DNA of 64,000 nt. Origin: an uncultured Actinomycetota bacterium (GTDB lineage Bacteria; Actinomycetota; Actinomycetes; Propionibacteriales; Nocardioidaceae). The stretch spans positions 139,144 through 203,143 of the forward strand of contig CAWFNB010000004.1 in NCBI GenBank assembly GCA_963817125.1, in the 5' to 3' direction. Position numbers and translations under genes: made by a program. How positions within the stretch are numbered: position 1 is the stretch's first letter; each line of letters begins with the position of its first letter. This document shows, piece after piece, positions 36,142 through 45,392 of the stretch. Under the pieces are notes generated by a model. The model was not told where the DNA came from, searched no databases, and was given only the letters and a program-made list of their open reading frames with translations.

Positions 36142-37194
36142 GTGATCAAGTACCTGGGCTCCAAGCGCCTGCTGGTCCGGGTGCTGGGGTCGATCGCGGA
36201 GAGCGTGGGGGCGCGGACTGCGGTCGACCTGTTCACCGGTACGACGCGGGTCGCTCAGGAGCTGAAGCGACGTGGGCTCACCGTCACGGCCACGGACATG
36301 GCGACGTACAGCCAGGTCCTGAGCGACTGCTACATCGCGACCGACGCCCGCGAGGTGAACGAGCAGGACCTCGTCAACGAGCTGAAGCGGCTCAATGCCG
36401 TGAAGGGGGAGCCGGGGTACTTCACCGAGACCTTCTGCGAGTCGGCTCGGTTCTTCCAGCCCAGGAACGGCGCCCGGGTCGACGCGATCCGCAACCTGCT
36501 GGCAGCTGACTACCAGCAGTCACCGCTCTACCCGGTGCTGCTCACCAGCCTGATGCTGGCCGCGGACCGGGTCGACTCGACCACGGGCGTGCAGATGGCC
36601 TATCTCAAGCAGTGGGCGCCGCGGGCCCACCACGACCTCGAGCTTCGGCGTCCGCAGCTGCTGCCCGGGCGCGGCCACACCGTGGCCGGCGACGCGATGA
36701 CCACCGTCGACGAGCTGGAGCCGGTGGACCTGGCCTACCTCGACCCGCCGTACAACCAGCACCGCTACTTCACCAACTACCACATCTGGGAGACCCTGGT
36801 CCGCTGGGACGCCCCCGAGCACTACGGCGTCGCGTGCAAGCGCGTCGACAGTCGCGACGCCGAGACCAGGAGCGTCTTCAACACCAGGCGCGACATGCCG
36901 GCCGCACTCGCGAGCGTTATCCGCCGGACGAAGGCCCAGGTCGTGGTGGTGTCCTACAACGACGAGTCCTGGATCGGCCGGGAGCAGATGGCCGACTCGC
37001 TTCGCGAGGCCGGCCACGAGGACGTCCGTGTCCTTGCCTTCGACAGCAAGCGGTACGTCGGCGCGCAGATCGGCATCTTCAACCCCTCCGGCGACAAGGT
37101 CGGCCGGGTCTCACACCTGCGCAACGTCGAGTACGTCTTCGTGGCCGGCCCCACCGACAAGGTCGAGGCTGCGGTGGGAACCGTCGAGTCCTAG
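36142..37194 (+). CDS. Dam-family (D12 class) N6-adenine DNA methyltransferase
   Basis: GTG at 36142. N-terminal KYLGSKRLL, SAM region VDLFTGTT, catalytic DPPY (LAYLDPPYNQH). Confidence 0.8.
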   Translation: MIKYLGSKRLLVRVLGSIAESVGARTAVDLFTGTTRVAQELKRRGLTVTATDMATYSQVLSDCYIATDAREVNEQDLVNELKRLNAVKGEPGYFTETFCESARFFQPRNGARVDAIRNLLAADYQQSPLYPVLLTSLMLAADRVDSTTGVQMAYLKQWAPRAHHDLELRRPQLLPGRGHTVAGDAMTTVDELEPVDLAYLDPPYNQHRYFTNYHIWETLVRWDAPEHYGVACKRVDSRDAETRSVFNTRRDMPAALASVIRRTKAQVVVVSYNDESWIGREQMADSLREAGHEDVRVLAFDSKRYVGAQIGIFNPSGDKVGRVSHLRNVEYVFVAGPTDKVEAAVGTVES

Positions 37195-38603
37195 TCGCCT
37201 TCCCAGAACGGCCCGCCCACGGAGTACCTCACCGACTGCTGCTCCGGGGTGAGGTAGCCGCCGCGGAAGTTGGTGTACGTCGTCGTGTAGGCGTTGCGGG
37301 AGTTGCCCTTCCGCCACATGAAGTTGAAGTTCGTCATGTACTGCCGGGCGATCTTCTTGCCGATGACGTTGACCAGGATCTCGTCGTTGACCGCGCCGAG
37401 CGCCCCCCAGTTCGACGAACCGGTGAACACCAGGTTCGCGTTCGGGTTGCCCGCGTAGTTGCCCTGGATCACCAGGTACTTCTGGTGCGAGTAGTAGTCG
37501 AGGGTGAGGTCCAGCTTGCCGTCGGGGTTCTTCACTTCCTTGTCGGGGTGGTAGTCGAAGGCACTGGACCGGAGCGGCATGCGGCCGCGCGGAGTCTTGG
37601 CGGTGAGGTGTCCCTTGGTGTGGAAGCCGACCAGACCAAAGCTGAACCTGGCCCGGCAGCCCTCGGCAAACTTCCGGCGATAGGCGTCGGCCAGGTAGTT
37701 GCCGCGGCGACCACGGATCGTGTGCATGTTGACGGCAAGCTTGGTGCGGATCCGCTTGCCGGTCGCGTTGATGGTGATGCACTGGATCCGGTCGAGGATC
37801 TTGATGATCGGGTCATTGCCGGGGCCGAGGAGGCGCGGGAACGTCACCGTGGTCCGGTCGTCGACGGCGTCGTCGCAGACCGCGCCCGTCGGGATCCCAC
37901 AGAAGTCGGGGAACGCCGGCTGCATGCTCTCGTAGTCCTTCTTCATGTCGTCGAAGAGATCCACGTACTGCTGGAACAGCTCCTTGTCGCCGTCCATGAG
38001 GTACAGGTCGTTCCACTGGTGTCTGGCGGCGTTCATGGTCAGGTTCGCCGAGCCGAAGAACAACGCGTACTTCGACCTGCCGGCCTTGGTGAACGTGTAG
38101 AACTTCGTGTGCAGGAGGCGCTTGCGGCCGTCAGTGCGGCAGCCCGAGTGGCACTTGTAGATGAAGTCGTGCTTCCTCACGTTGGTGCCGAGGCGTGCGC
38201 GGAGCATCTTCATCGCCCTGGTGTCCTGGTGGTCGTTGAGCAGGATCTGCACGTGCACGCCGCGGTTGCGCGCTGCGATCAGCGTCCTGGCGACCGGGAC
38301 CCGGTCGAACGAGTACAGCGCGAGCCGGATGACCGCGCCCTTCCTGGTTGCCTTGATCGCGCGCACGACCTGGCGCTCGATCCGCAGCCGGTTGTGCCAG
38401 CTGCCGCGAGGGTTGTTGAAGTACGCGCCGGTGGGCACCTTGTACCGGCCGCCGTGTCCGTTGGGCTTGGCCCGCTCGACCGGGGCTGAGGCCTGGGACG
38501 AGTCCGGGCCGGTGACCGCACCGGCGGTGGTGACCGGGCCACCCAGGGTCGTGACCAGGACCGCCGACACAACGGTTGCCCCCAGGGCCGACATCTTCTT
38601 CAC
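37191..38603 (-). CDS. secreted phospholipase D superfamily protein (two HKD motifs)
   Basis: GTG at 38603 after GAGGA. Signal peptide VKKMSALGATVVSAVLVTTLGGPVTTAGA. HKD motifs LHTKFYTF...GSANLT and SHQKYLVI...GSSNWG. GC lower (36/60 in line 37981-38040). Confidence 0.8.
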   Translation of the reverse strand: MKKMSALGATVVSAVLVTTLGGPVTTAGAVTGPDSSQASAPVERAKPNGHGGRYKVPTGAYFNNPRGSWHNRLRIERQVVRAIKATRKGAVIRLALYSFDRVPVARTLIAARNRGVHVQILLNDHQDTRAMKMLRARLGTNVRKHDFIYKCHSGCRTDGRKRLLHTKFYTFTKAGRSKYALFFGSANLTMNAARHQWNDLYLMDGDKELFQQYVDLFDDMKKDYESMQPAFPDFCGIPTGAVCDDAVDDRTTVTFPRLLGPGNDPIIKILDRIQCITINATGKRIRTKLAVNMHTIRGRRGNYLADAYRRKFAEGCRARFSFGLVGFHTKGHLTAKTPRGRMPLRSSAFDYHPDKEVKNPDGKLDLTLDYYSHQKYLVIQGNYAGNPNANLVFTGSSNWGALGAVNDEILVNVIGKKIARQYMTNFNFMWRKGNSRNAYTTTYTNFRGGYLTPEQQSVRYSVGGPFWEGD

Positions 38604-38747
38604 TGACCATCCTCTCGACCGTGGCTCTCCATGAATGACGACGCACGAAGCACCTCGGAGGTTCGCTCTCCCGGAGGCATTGTGCGGTGTGATCCAAAAA
38701 AAGCGCCATCGGCACGCTGCGGTCACGTCCCGAGCCGGCCCACTCCG

Positions 38748-39098
38748 TCAGTCCGGCAGCCGATCTGCGCGCGCTTCGACCAGGGCCTCCGGGGCGGTCA
38801 GCCGCCAGGCCTCGAAGGTCAGCTCGGCCAGCTCGTCGCGCTCGATCGCGTCGAGGTGGACGACCACCCAGCCGAACCCGTGGGCGGTGAACTGCACCTC
38901 GAAGACATCGGGCCGCTCGGCGACGAGAGCCAGCTGCTCGGCGACGGTCTGCTTGAGCCCCACCGTCCGGGTCGGCTCCCAGAGGTAGCCGAAGGTCCGG
39001 CGGGCGACCTCGAACCTCAAGTATCGATCGTGGTCGGTGCGGGTGACGTCATCGAGCTGGTGCACCAGCTCCAGGAAGTCGTCGATCCGACAGGCCAC
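38748..39098 (-). CDS. MmcQ/YjbR-family protein
   Basis: 116 aa. ...FEVARRTFGYLWE...WVVVHLDAI...ELAELTFEAWRLTAP pattern matches the YjbR fold family (assignment from memory). Confidence 0.65.
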   Translation of the reverse strand: MACRIDDFLELVHQLDDVTRTDHDRYLRFEVARRTFGYLWEPTRTVGLKQTVAEQLALVAERPDVFEVQFTAHGFGWVVVHLDAIERDELAELTFEAWRLTAPEALVEARADRLPD

Positions 39099-39182
39099 GG
39101 GCGGAGGTTAACGACACTCGCACCCGGCGCACAGTCCACATCGCGAGAGGTGCCCGGAGGGGTATCGAGCGACCTGTCTACG

Positions 39183-40043
39183 ATGCTGCGAATGCAGCCT
39201 TTGACCCGACGTTCCCTCGTCCGAGGAGCAGCAGTCGTCGCACCCGTCTCGGTGCTGACCCTTCCTCAGGATTCGACGGGGCTGTCCCAGCTCTACGACG
39301 CGGCCGGGCGTCGCGGGGAGGGGTGCGCAGCCAGGAAGGATGTCGCGTCGCTCCTGGCGCACGACATGACCGGGAAGCACGCGGGTCGCATGCACGGCGT
39401 ACCGAGCACCTACAACTGGGCGAAGCACCCCCGTGTGGGTGCCGGCAACCATCCGGCGCGGTACGGCTTCCACGCGGTGAGCGCGTGGGGCCAGATCTAC
39501 GAGGACATCGACGGCAACCCGGCCCGCAACGTGCGCGTGGCCTGCCGCGACATCTCGCTGTGGATCCTGTCCCGTCGTACGGGACGGTGGCGCCGGGTCA
39601 ACGCGTCGAAGCGGGTCAACGGTGCCAACTACGTCGAGGACTTCGTCGGCAACGCCAGCAAGCCGGCCGACCTGCGCAACGAGCCGCACGGCGCGGTCTC
39701 GGCAACGCTGGGCGGTGGCTACAACTTTCACATCTACTCCCTCCGGGAGCGTGCGGGCATCGACCCCTCCGACGTCGCGGGAGTGGTGTCGCTGTACTCG
39801 GCGCGGGTGATCATGGACGACCCCTCCGGTCCCGACGAACGGCACCTGGCTCGATACCTGGCCAGCGCCGGTGCCGACTACTGGCTGGACAAGTACGTGG
39901 GTGCCCAGGAGGGCACCGTGGCGGACGTCGGTATCGGCAAGGCGCGCTACCTGGGCCCGGACTGGCTGACGCTCACCATGTCGACGCTGCCACTGCGCAA
40001 GCTCGAGGCGAGCTGCCCGCCGGTCTGCGTGCGCGGCCGCTGA
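39183..40043 (+). CDS. Tat-exported protein of unknown function
   Basis: ATG at 39183. Twin-arginine signal MQPLTRRSLVRGAAVVAPVSV. No domain recognised. Confidence 0.6.
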   Translation: MLRMQPLTRRSLVRGAAVVAPVSVLTLPQDSTGLSQLYDAAGRRGEGCAARKDVASLLAHDMTGKHAGRMHGVPSTYNWAKHPRVGAGNHPARYGFHAVSAWGQIYEDIDGNPARNVRVACRDISLWILSRRTGRWRRVNASKRVNGANYVEDFVGNASKPADLRNEPHGAVSATLGGGYNFHIYSLRERAGIDPSDVAGVVSLYSARVIMDDPSGPDERHLARYLASAGADYWLDKYVGAQEGTVADVGIGKARYLGPDWLTLTMSTLPLRKLEASCPPVCVRGR

Positions 40044-40104
40044 CCCCGGCGCCTCCCCGGATTCACGGTAGGCAGTCCCTCCACGTCGGCGTAGGTTGCG
40101 AACC

Positions 40105-41400
40105 ATGGGAGGGATGGACGAGCTCGACCCCATCGAGACCGCCTCACTCGACGAGCTGCAGTCGCTGCAGACCGAGAGGCTGCAAGCCACGATCCGGCAC
40201 GCCTACGACCACGTCGCCCACTACCGGCAGACCTGGGACGCGGCGGGCGTGCACCCCGACGACGTCAAGGAGCTGGCCGACCTCGCCAAGCTGCCGTTCA
40301 CGGCCAAGGCAGACCTCCGCGCCCACTACCCCTTCGGGATGTTCGCGGTGCCGCGCGAACGCCTGGTCCGGGTGCACGCGTCCAGCGGTACGACGGGCCA
40401 GCCGACCGTCGTCGGCTACACCGCCGAGGACGTCGACATGTGGGCGACCGTCATGGCGCGCAGCATCCGCGCGGCCGGCGGCCGGTCGGGAGATCTGTTG
40501 CACAACGCCTATGGCTATGGGCTGTTCACCGGCGGCCTCGGCGCGCACTACGGCGCCGAGAAGCTCGGCTGCACGGTGGTCCCGGTGTCCGGCGGCATGA
40601 CCGAGCGACAAGTCCGCCTGATCTCCGACTTCGGTCCGCGGATCATCATGGTCACCCCGTCGTACATGCTCGCGATCGTCGACGAGATGCGTCGGCAGGG
40701 CCTCGACCCGCGGCAGTCGTCCCTGGAGGTCGGGATCTTCGGCGCCGAGCCCTGGACCGACCAGATGCGCGACGAGATGGAGGACGTCCTCGGCCTCGAC
40801 GCGGTCGACATCTACGGACTCTCCGAGGTGATCGGCCCTGGCGTCGCGCAGGAGTGCGTGGAGACCAAGGACGGGCTGCACATCTGGGAGGACCACTTCT
40901 ACCCCGAGGTCGTCGACCCGGTGACCGGCGAGGTCCTGCCCGACGGCGAGCGAGGCGAGCTGGTCTTCACCTCGCTCACCAAGCAGGCGATGCCGGTGAT
41001 CCGCTACCGCACCCGCGACCTGACCCGGCTGCTGCCGGGCACTGCGCGAACGATGCGTCGGATGGAGAAGGTCACCGGGCGCACCGACGACATGATCATC
41101 CTGCGCGGCGTGAACCTGTTCCCCTCGCAGATCGAGGAGCTGCTGCTCACCGTCCCGGCGCTCTCGCCGCACTTCCAGTGTGTGCTCTCGCGCACCGGCA
41201 CCCTCGACGAGATGACCGTGCGGGTCGAGCGCCGCGGCGACGTCTCGCAGTACGACGGAGGCCAGGCGGGCCGCGACCTCGAGCAACTGGTCAAGGCGTC
41301 GATCGGCGTCTCGGTGGTGGTCGACGTGGTCTCCCCGGACAACATCGAGCGCTCGGTGGGCAAGATGCGCCGGATCGTCGACCATCGGCCGCCGCGCTGA
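40105..41400 (+). CDS. paaK: phenylacetate--CoA ligase
   Basis: LDPIETASLDELQSLQTERLQ aligns with E. coli PaaK LDPIETASVDELQALQTQRL. SSGTTGQPTVV motif present. Start ambiguous (TTG 40096, ATG 40105 or ATG 40114). Confidence 0.9.
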   Translation: MGGMDELDPIETASLDELQSLQTERLQATIRHAYDHVAHYRQTWDAAGVHPDDVKELADLAKLPFTAKADLRAHYPFGMFAVPRERLVRVHASSGTTGQPTVVGYTAEDVDMWATVMARSIRAAGGRSGDLLHNAYGYGLFTGGLGAHYGAEKLGCTVVPVSGGMTERQVRLISDFGPRIIMVTPSYMLAIVDEMRRQGLDPRQSSLEVGIFGAEPWTDQMRDEMEDVLGLDAVDIYGLSEVIGPGVAQECVETKDGLHIWEDHFYPEVVDPVTGEVLPDGERGELVFTSLTKQAMPVIRYRTRDLTRLLPGTARTMRRMEKVTGRTDDMIILRGVNLFPSQIEELLLTVPALSPHFQCVLSRTGTLDEMTVRVERRGDVSQYDGGQAGRDLEQLVKASIGVSVVVDVVSPDNIERSVGKMRRIVDHRPPR

Positions 41401-41409
41401 CCTGGGTGC

Positions 41410-41970
41410 TCAGACCCACTGGAACGTGGCGAGCACGGAGGCCACCAGGTTCGGGTTGTCGCGCAGCGCCTTCGGGGCGAGGGAGAAGCTGATGGTGATC
41501 AGCCGTCCATCCCGCTCGGTCGACACCATCTCGTTGAAGTCCTTGCTGCCCTCCGTGGTGTAGCTGAGGTGGAAGGCCACACTGTCGCCCAGCAGCACGT
41601 CGTCCAGCCGGAGGTACGTCGCGTCCTTGGGCAGGGACTTGATCGCCGAGTCGACCAAGACCTCGAGTGACTTGCCGGGGTCGAGGGTCTCGTCGTCGAT
41701 CAGGGTGATGCTGCCCGCGCCTCGCGGTCCCAGGGCGACGGACTGGTAGGACACGCTGGGATCGGACGCGATCCACCCCTCCGGTGCGCGGATGCTCGAG
41801 GTCTGCTCGCGCAGCTCGATCCCGGTGGCGGCCTCGCCGGTGGCCGAGGCGCTGCTCGACGGCGAGTCCGAACCGTCCGCGGACGGGTCGGCGTCGTCAT
41901 CGCACGCAGCCAGACCCAGGACGGCGACAACGAGCCAGGCGGCGATGCGGGAGGTCACTGAGTCATTCAA
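41410..41970 (-). CDS. lipoprotein, unknown function
   Basis: Signal peptide plus lipobox WLVVAVLGLAAC. Ser/Asp-rich linker. Confidence 0.65.
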   Translation of the reverse strand: MNDSVTSRIAAWLVVAVLGLAACDDDADPSADGSDSPSSSASATGEAATGIELREQTSSIRAPEGWIASDPSVSYQSVALGPRGAGSITLIDDETLDPGKSLEVLVDSAIKSLPKDATYLRLDDVLLGDSVAFHLSYTTEGSKDFNEMVSTERDGRLITISFSLAPKALRDNPNLVASVLATFQWV

Positions 41971-41979
41971 GCGGGTAGG

Positions 41980-42042
41980 TCAAACCAGCCACTGGACCGA
42001 GGCGAGCACGGAGTCGAACAGGTCGGGGCGCAGCCCGGCCTC
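41980..42042 (-). pseudogene. 19-codon remnant homologous to the 3' end of lipoprotein gene 41410..41970
   Basis: The segment ending at stop 41980 (TCAAACCAGCCACTGGACCGAGGCGAGCACGGAG...) aligns with TCAGACCCACTGGAACGTGGCGAGCACGGAG at 41410. It encodes LRPDLFDSVLASVQWLV* versus NPNLVASVLATFQWV*. Bounded upstream by the paaZ stop codon. Confidence 0.4.
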
Positions 42043-44094
42043 CTAAGGCCACTCCTTGGCGACCAGCGTCAACACGTCGTACGTCGCCACCGGTTCGCCC
42101 GCCTCGTTGGTGACCACGGCGTCCCAACGCACCTCGCCGTAGTCGGCGTTGGTACGCGGGGTGATCTGCTTGACAGTCAGCGTCACCGCGATGGTGTCGT
42201 CCGCCTTGACCGGTGTGAGGAAGCGCAGGCTGTCCACGCCGAAGTTGGCGAGCACCGGCCCCGGGTCGGGGTCGACGAAGAGTCCGGCGGCCAGCGAGAC
42301 GACGAGGTAGCCGTGCGCGACGATCCCGCCGAACAGGGGGTTCTTGGCGGCCGCTTCCTCGTCGGTGTGCGCGTAGAACGTGTCACCGGTGAACTCGGCG
42401 AAGTGCTCGATGTCGGCCAGCGTCACCCGGCGCGGCTCGGACTGGATGGTGTCGCCGATGCGGAGCTCGGCCAGGCTCTTGCGGAACGGGTGCACGCCGT
42501 CGGCGTTCCGAGCCGATCCCTTGGTCCACCTGCCGGTGACCGCGGTGAGCATGTCGGGCGAACCCTGGAGCGCGGTGCGCTGCATGAGGTGTACGACGCC
42601 GCGGAGCCCGCCCATCTCCTCGCCGCCACCGGCGCGACCCGGGCCGCCGTGCACCAGGGTCGGCAGCGGGACGCCGTGGCCGGTGGACTCGGCCGCGTCG
42701 TCGCGGTCGAGGACCAGGATCCGACCGTGCCAGGGGGCCAGGCCGAGGGTGATGGTGCGGGCGACCTCCGGGTCGTGAGTGACCAGCGAGCCGGCCAGGC
42801 TGCCCTTGCCGCGCGCGGCGAGGGCGATGGCGTCGTCGAGGGAGTCGTAGCCGATCACTGTGCTGACCGGGCCGAACGCCTCGACGTCGTGCGGCTCGAC
42901 CGCGCTCGAGTCGGCGCGCAGCAGCACCGGGCCGAGGAACGCACCTCGATCGCCGTCGGCGTCGACGAGGTCGGGGTTGCCGGCGCCGTCGGGGTCGCCG
43001 TACACGACCTCCGCGGAGGCCCGCAGCGACTGGATCGCCTTCCGGACCTCCTCGCGCTGGTCGAGGCTGACCAGCGCGCCCATGCGCACGCCCTCCGCGG
43101 CCGGGTGCCCGACCGTGACCCGTGCGAGTCGGGCCCGGAGCGCCTCGACCACGGTGTCGACCATGGACGCGGGCACGAGGGTGCGCCGGATGGAGGTGCA
43201 CTTCTGGCCGGCCTTGTAGGTCATCTCGGTGACCACGCCCTTGACGAACAGGTCCAGCTCCGGGTCCTCGGCGGTCACGTCGGGTCCGAGGATCGAGCAG
43301 TTGAGCGAGTCCGCCTCGACCCCGAGGGTGACACCGCCGTGCAGCACGTTGGTGTGCGTGCGCAGCAGCCCGGCGGTGTGCGCCGAGCCGGTGAAGCCGA
43401 CGTGGTCCTGGACGGTCAGCTCGTCGAGAAGGCCGGCCGGGCTGCCCATCAGCAGCTGGACCGAACCCTCCGGGAGGATCCCCGACGCCACGATCTCGCG
43501 CACGACGGCTTCGGTGACGTATGACGTCTGCGCGGCGGGCTTGACGATGGTCGGCAGTCCGGCGAGAAACGCCGGGCCGAGCTTCTCGAGCATCCCCCAG
43601 ACCGGGAAGTTGAACGCGTTGATCTGGACCATCACCCCGGGCCGCGAGGTGTAGACGTGCTGGCCCACGAAGGTGCCGCCCCTGCCCAACGGGACGGGCT
43701 CGCCGTCGAGCAGGACCGTGTCGTTGGGCAGCTGCCGGGTGCCGACGCTGCCGGATGCGAAGAGCGTGCCGATGCCGCCCTCGATGTCGCCCATCCCGTC
43801 GCCCTTGGTGGCGCCGGTGCGCAACGAGAGCTCGTGGAACTCCGCGACGTGGTCCATCAGGTGCTTGCCGAGCGCCTTGAGCATCCCCGCCCGCTCGTGG
43901 AAGGTGAGCTCCCGCAACGCCGGCCCGCCGACGGTGCGCGCGTACGTCGTCATCTCGCCCAGGTCGAGCCCCTTGGCGGAGAAGCGGAAGGCCTCCTCGC
44001 CGGTGGACGCGTCGAGCAGCGGCCGCCCCTCGTCCTCGGTCCGGAACCAGCGTCCGGCGGCGTAGCTCTCGAGCAGTGGAACGGAGTCGGCCAT
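42043..44094 (-). CDS. paaZ: bifunctional oxepin-CoA hydrolase / 3-oxo-5,6-dehydrosuberyl-CoA semialdehyde dehydrogenase
   Basis: ATG at 44094. 683 aa. N-terminal ALDH domain (QINAFNFPVWGMLEKL) and C-terminal MaoC hot-dog domain (FTGDTFYAHTDEEAA). Confidence 0.9.
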   Translation of the reverse strand: MADSVPLLESYAAGRWFRTEDEGRPLLDASTGEEAFRFSAKGLDLGEMTTYARTVGGPALRELTFHERAGMLKALGKHLMDHVAEFHELSLRTGATKGDGMGDIEGGIGTLFASGSVGTRQLPNDTVLLDGEPVPLGRGGTFVGQHVYTSRPGVMVQINAFNFPVWGMLEKLGPAFLAGLPTIVKPAAQTSYVTEAVVREIVASGILPEGSVQLLMGSPAGLLDELTVQDHVGFTGSAHTAGLLRTHTNVLHGGVTLGVEADSLNCSILGPDVTAEDPELDLFVKGVVTEMTYKAGQKCTSIRRTLVPASMVDTVVEALRARLARVTVGHPAAEGVRMGALVSLDQREEVRKAIQSLRASAEVVYGDPDGAGNPDLVDADGDRGAFLGPVLLRADSSAVEPHDVEAFGPVSTVIGYDSLDDAIALAARGKGSLAGSLVTHDPEVARTITLGLAPWHGRILVLDRDDAAESTGHGVPLPTLVHGGPGRAGGGEEMGGLRGVVHLMQRTALQGSPDMLTAVTGRWTKGSARNADGVHPFRKSLAELRIGDTIQSEPRRVTLADIEHFAEFTGDTFYAHTDEEAAAKNPLFGGIVAHGYLVVSLAAGLFVDPDPGPVLANFGVDSLRFLTPVKADDTIAVTLTVKQITPRTNADYGEVRWDAVVTNEAGEPVATYDVLTLVAKEWP

Positions 44095-44113
44095 GTGTGG
44101 CAGACTAATACCA

Positions 44114-44125
44114 GACCGATCGGTC
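44114..44125. promoter_or_regulatory. perfect 12-bp palindrome GACCGATCGGTC in the paaZ/paaA divergent region (candidate TetR-type PaaR operator)
   Basis: Read directly from the sequence. Centred in the short paaZ-paaA divergent gap, which is relatively AT-rich (ACTAATACCAGACCGATCGGTCAGTAAATG). Confidence 0.35.
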
Positions 44126-44145
44126 AGTAAATGTGGGAGGACCCT

Positions 44146-45096
44146 GTGACGGCCACGGATTCCGGGCTGCCGGCCCAGCTGGAGTCGCAGTTCGAGGCGA
44201 CCATCGCGCACAACGACCGGATCGAGCCGCGCGACTGGATGCCGGAGGCCTATCGCAAGACGCTGGTGCGGCAGATCGCCCAGCACGCGCACTCCGAGAT
44301 CATCGGCATGCAGCCGGAGGGGAACTGGATCACCCGGGCGCCGTCGCTACGCCGCAAGGCGATCCTGCTGGCCAAGGTCCAGGACGAGGCCGGCCACGGG
44401 CTCTACCTCTACTCGGCCACCGAGACCCTTGGGGTCTCCCGCGGAGAGCTCACCGAGATGCTCATCGAGGGCAGGCAGAAGTACTCCTCGATCTTCAACT
44501 ACCCGACGCTGTCGTACGCCGACGTCGGGACCATCGGCTGGCTGGTGGACGGCGCTGCGATCTGCAACCAGGTGCCGCTGTGCCGCACGTCGTACGGCCC
44601 CTATGGCCGGGCGATGATCCGGATCTGCAAGGAGGAGTCGTTCCACCAGCGGCAGGGCTATGAGCTGCTGATGACGATGATGCGGGGCACCGACGAGCAG
44701 CGGGCGATGGTCCAGGAGTCCGTGGACCGGTTCTGGTGGCCGGCGCTGATGATGTTCGGACCTCCCGACGAGGACTCGCCGAACACCGCGCAGTCGATGG
44801 CGTGGGGCATCAAGCGCAACACCAACGACGACCTGCGTCAGCGGTTCGTCGACATGTCCGTGCCCCAGGCCGACGCGCTCGGCGTCACGCTCCCCGACCC
44901 CGAGCTGCGCTGGAACCAGGAGCGCGGCCACCACGACTTCGGTGAGCCGGACTGGGATGAGTTCATGCAGGTCGTGAAGGGCAACGGGCCGTGCAACGCG
45001 CAGCGGATCGCGCACCGGCGGCGCGCCCACGAGGAGGGCGCCTGGGTGCGTGAGGCAGCCACCGCGTTTGCGGCGAAGTCGGCGGGGGCGGCATGA
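44146..45096 (+). CDS. paaA: 1,2-phenylacetyl-CoA epoxidase subunit A
   Basis: Near-colinear with E. coli PaaA ([30 protein letters not shown]...). GTG at 44146 preceded by GGGAGGA; ATG 44131 is an alternative start. Confidence 0.9.
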   Translation: MTATDSGLPAQLESQFEATIAHNDRIEPRDWMPEAYRKTLVRQIAQHAHSEIIGMQPEGNWITRAPSLRRKAILLAKVQDEAGHGLYLYSATETLGVSRGELTEMLIEGRQKYSSIFNYPTLSYADVGTIGWLVDGAAICNQVPLCRTSYGPYGRAMIRICKEESFHQRQGYELLMTMMRGTDEQRAMVQESVDRFWWPALMMFGPPDEDSPNTAQSMAWGIKRNTNDDLRQRFVDMSVPQADALGVTLPDPELRWNQERGHHDFGEPDWDEFMQVVKGNGPCNAQRIAHRRRAHEEGAWVREAATAFAAKSAGAA

Positions 45097-45392
45097 GCGC
45101 CGAGCCGTCCGAGCGCGAGTGGCCGCTCTACGAGGTGTTCGTCCGCGGCAAGCGCGGCCTCAACCACGTGCACGTCGGCTCGCTGCACGCCGCGGACGAC
45201 GCGATGGCGCTGCTGCACGCTCGTGACGTCTACACGCGCCGCAACGAGGGCGTCTCGATCTGGGTGGTGCGTGCGGACGCGATCACCGCGTCCAGCCCGG
45301 ACGAGAAGGACCCGCTCTTCGCGCCCAGTGGCGACAAGGTCTATCGGCACCCGACCTTCTACTCCATCCCCGACGACGTCCCCCACATGTGA
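45093..45392 (+). CDS. paaB: 1,2-phenylacetyl-CoA epoxidase subunit B
   Basis: 99 aa. [24 protein letters not shown] is typical of PaaB. ATGA overlap with paaA. Confidence 0.9.
   Translation: MSAEPSEREWPLYEVFVRGKRGLNHVHVGSLHAADDAMALLHARDVYTRRNEGVSIWVVRADAITASSPDEKDPLFAPSGDKVYRHPTFYSIPDDVPHM

Noticed and set aside
36142-38603. Methyltransferase plus PLD-fold protein as a restriction-modification or DISARM-like defence module
   Set aside because: The PLD protein has a canonical Sec signal peptide and two HKD motifs in one chain, so it is an exported enzyme rather than a cytoplasmic nuclease. The genes are convergent. No helicase, DUF1998 or SNF2 component is nearby.
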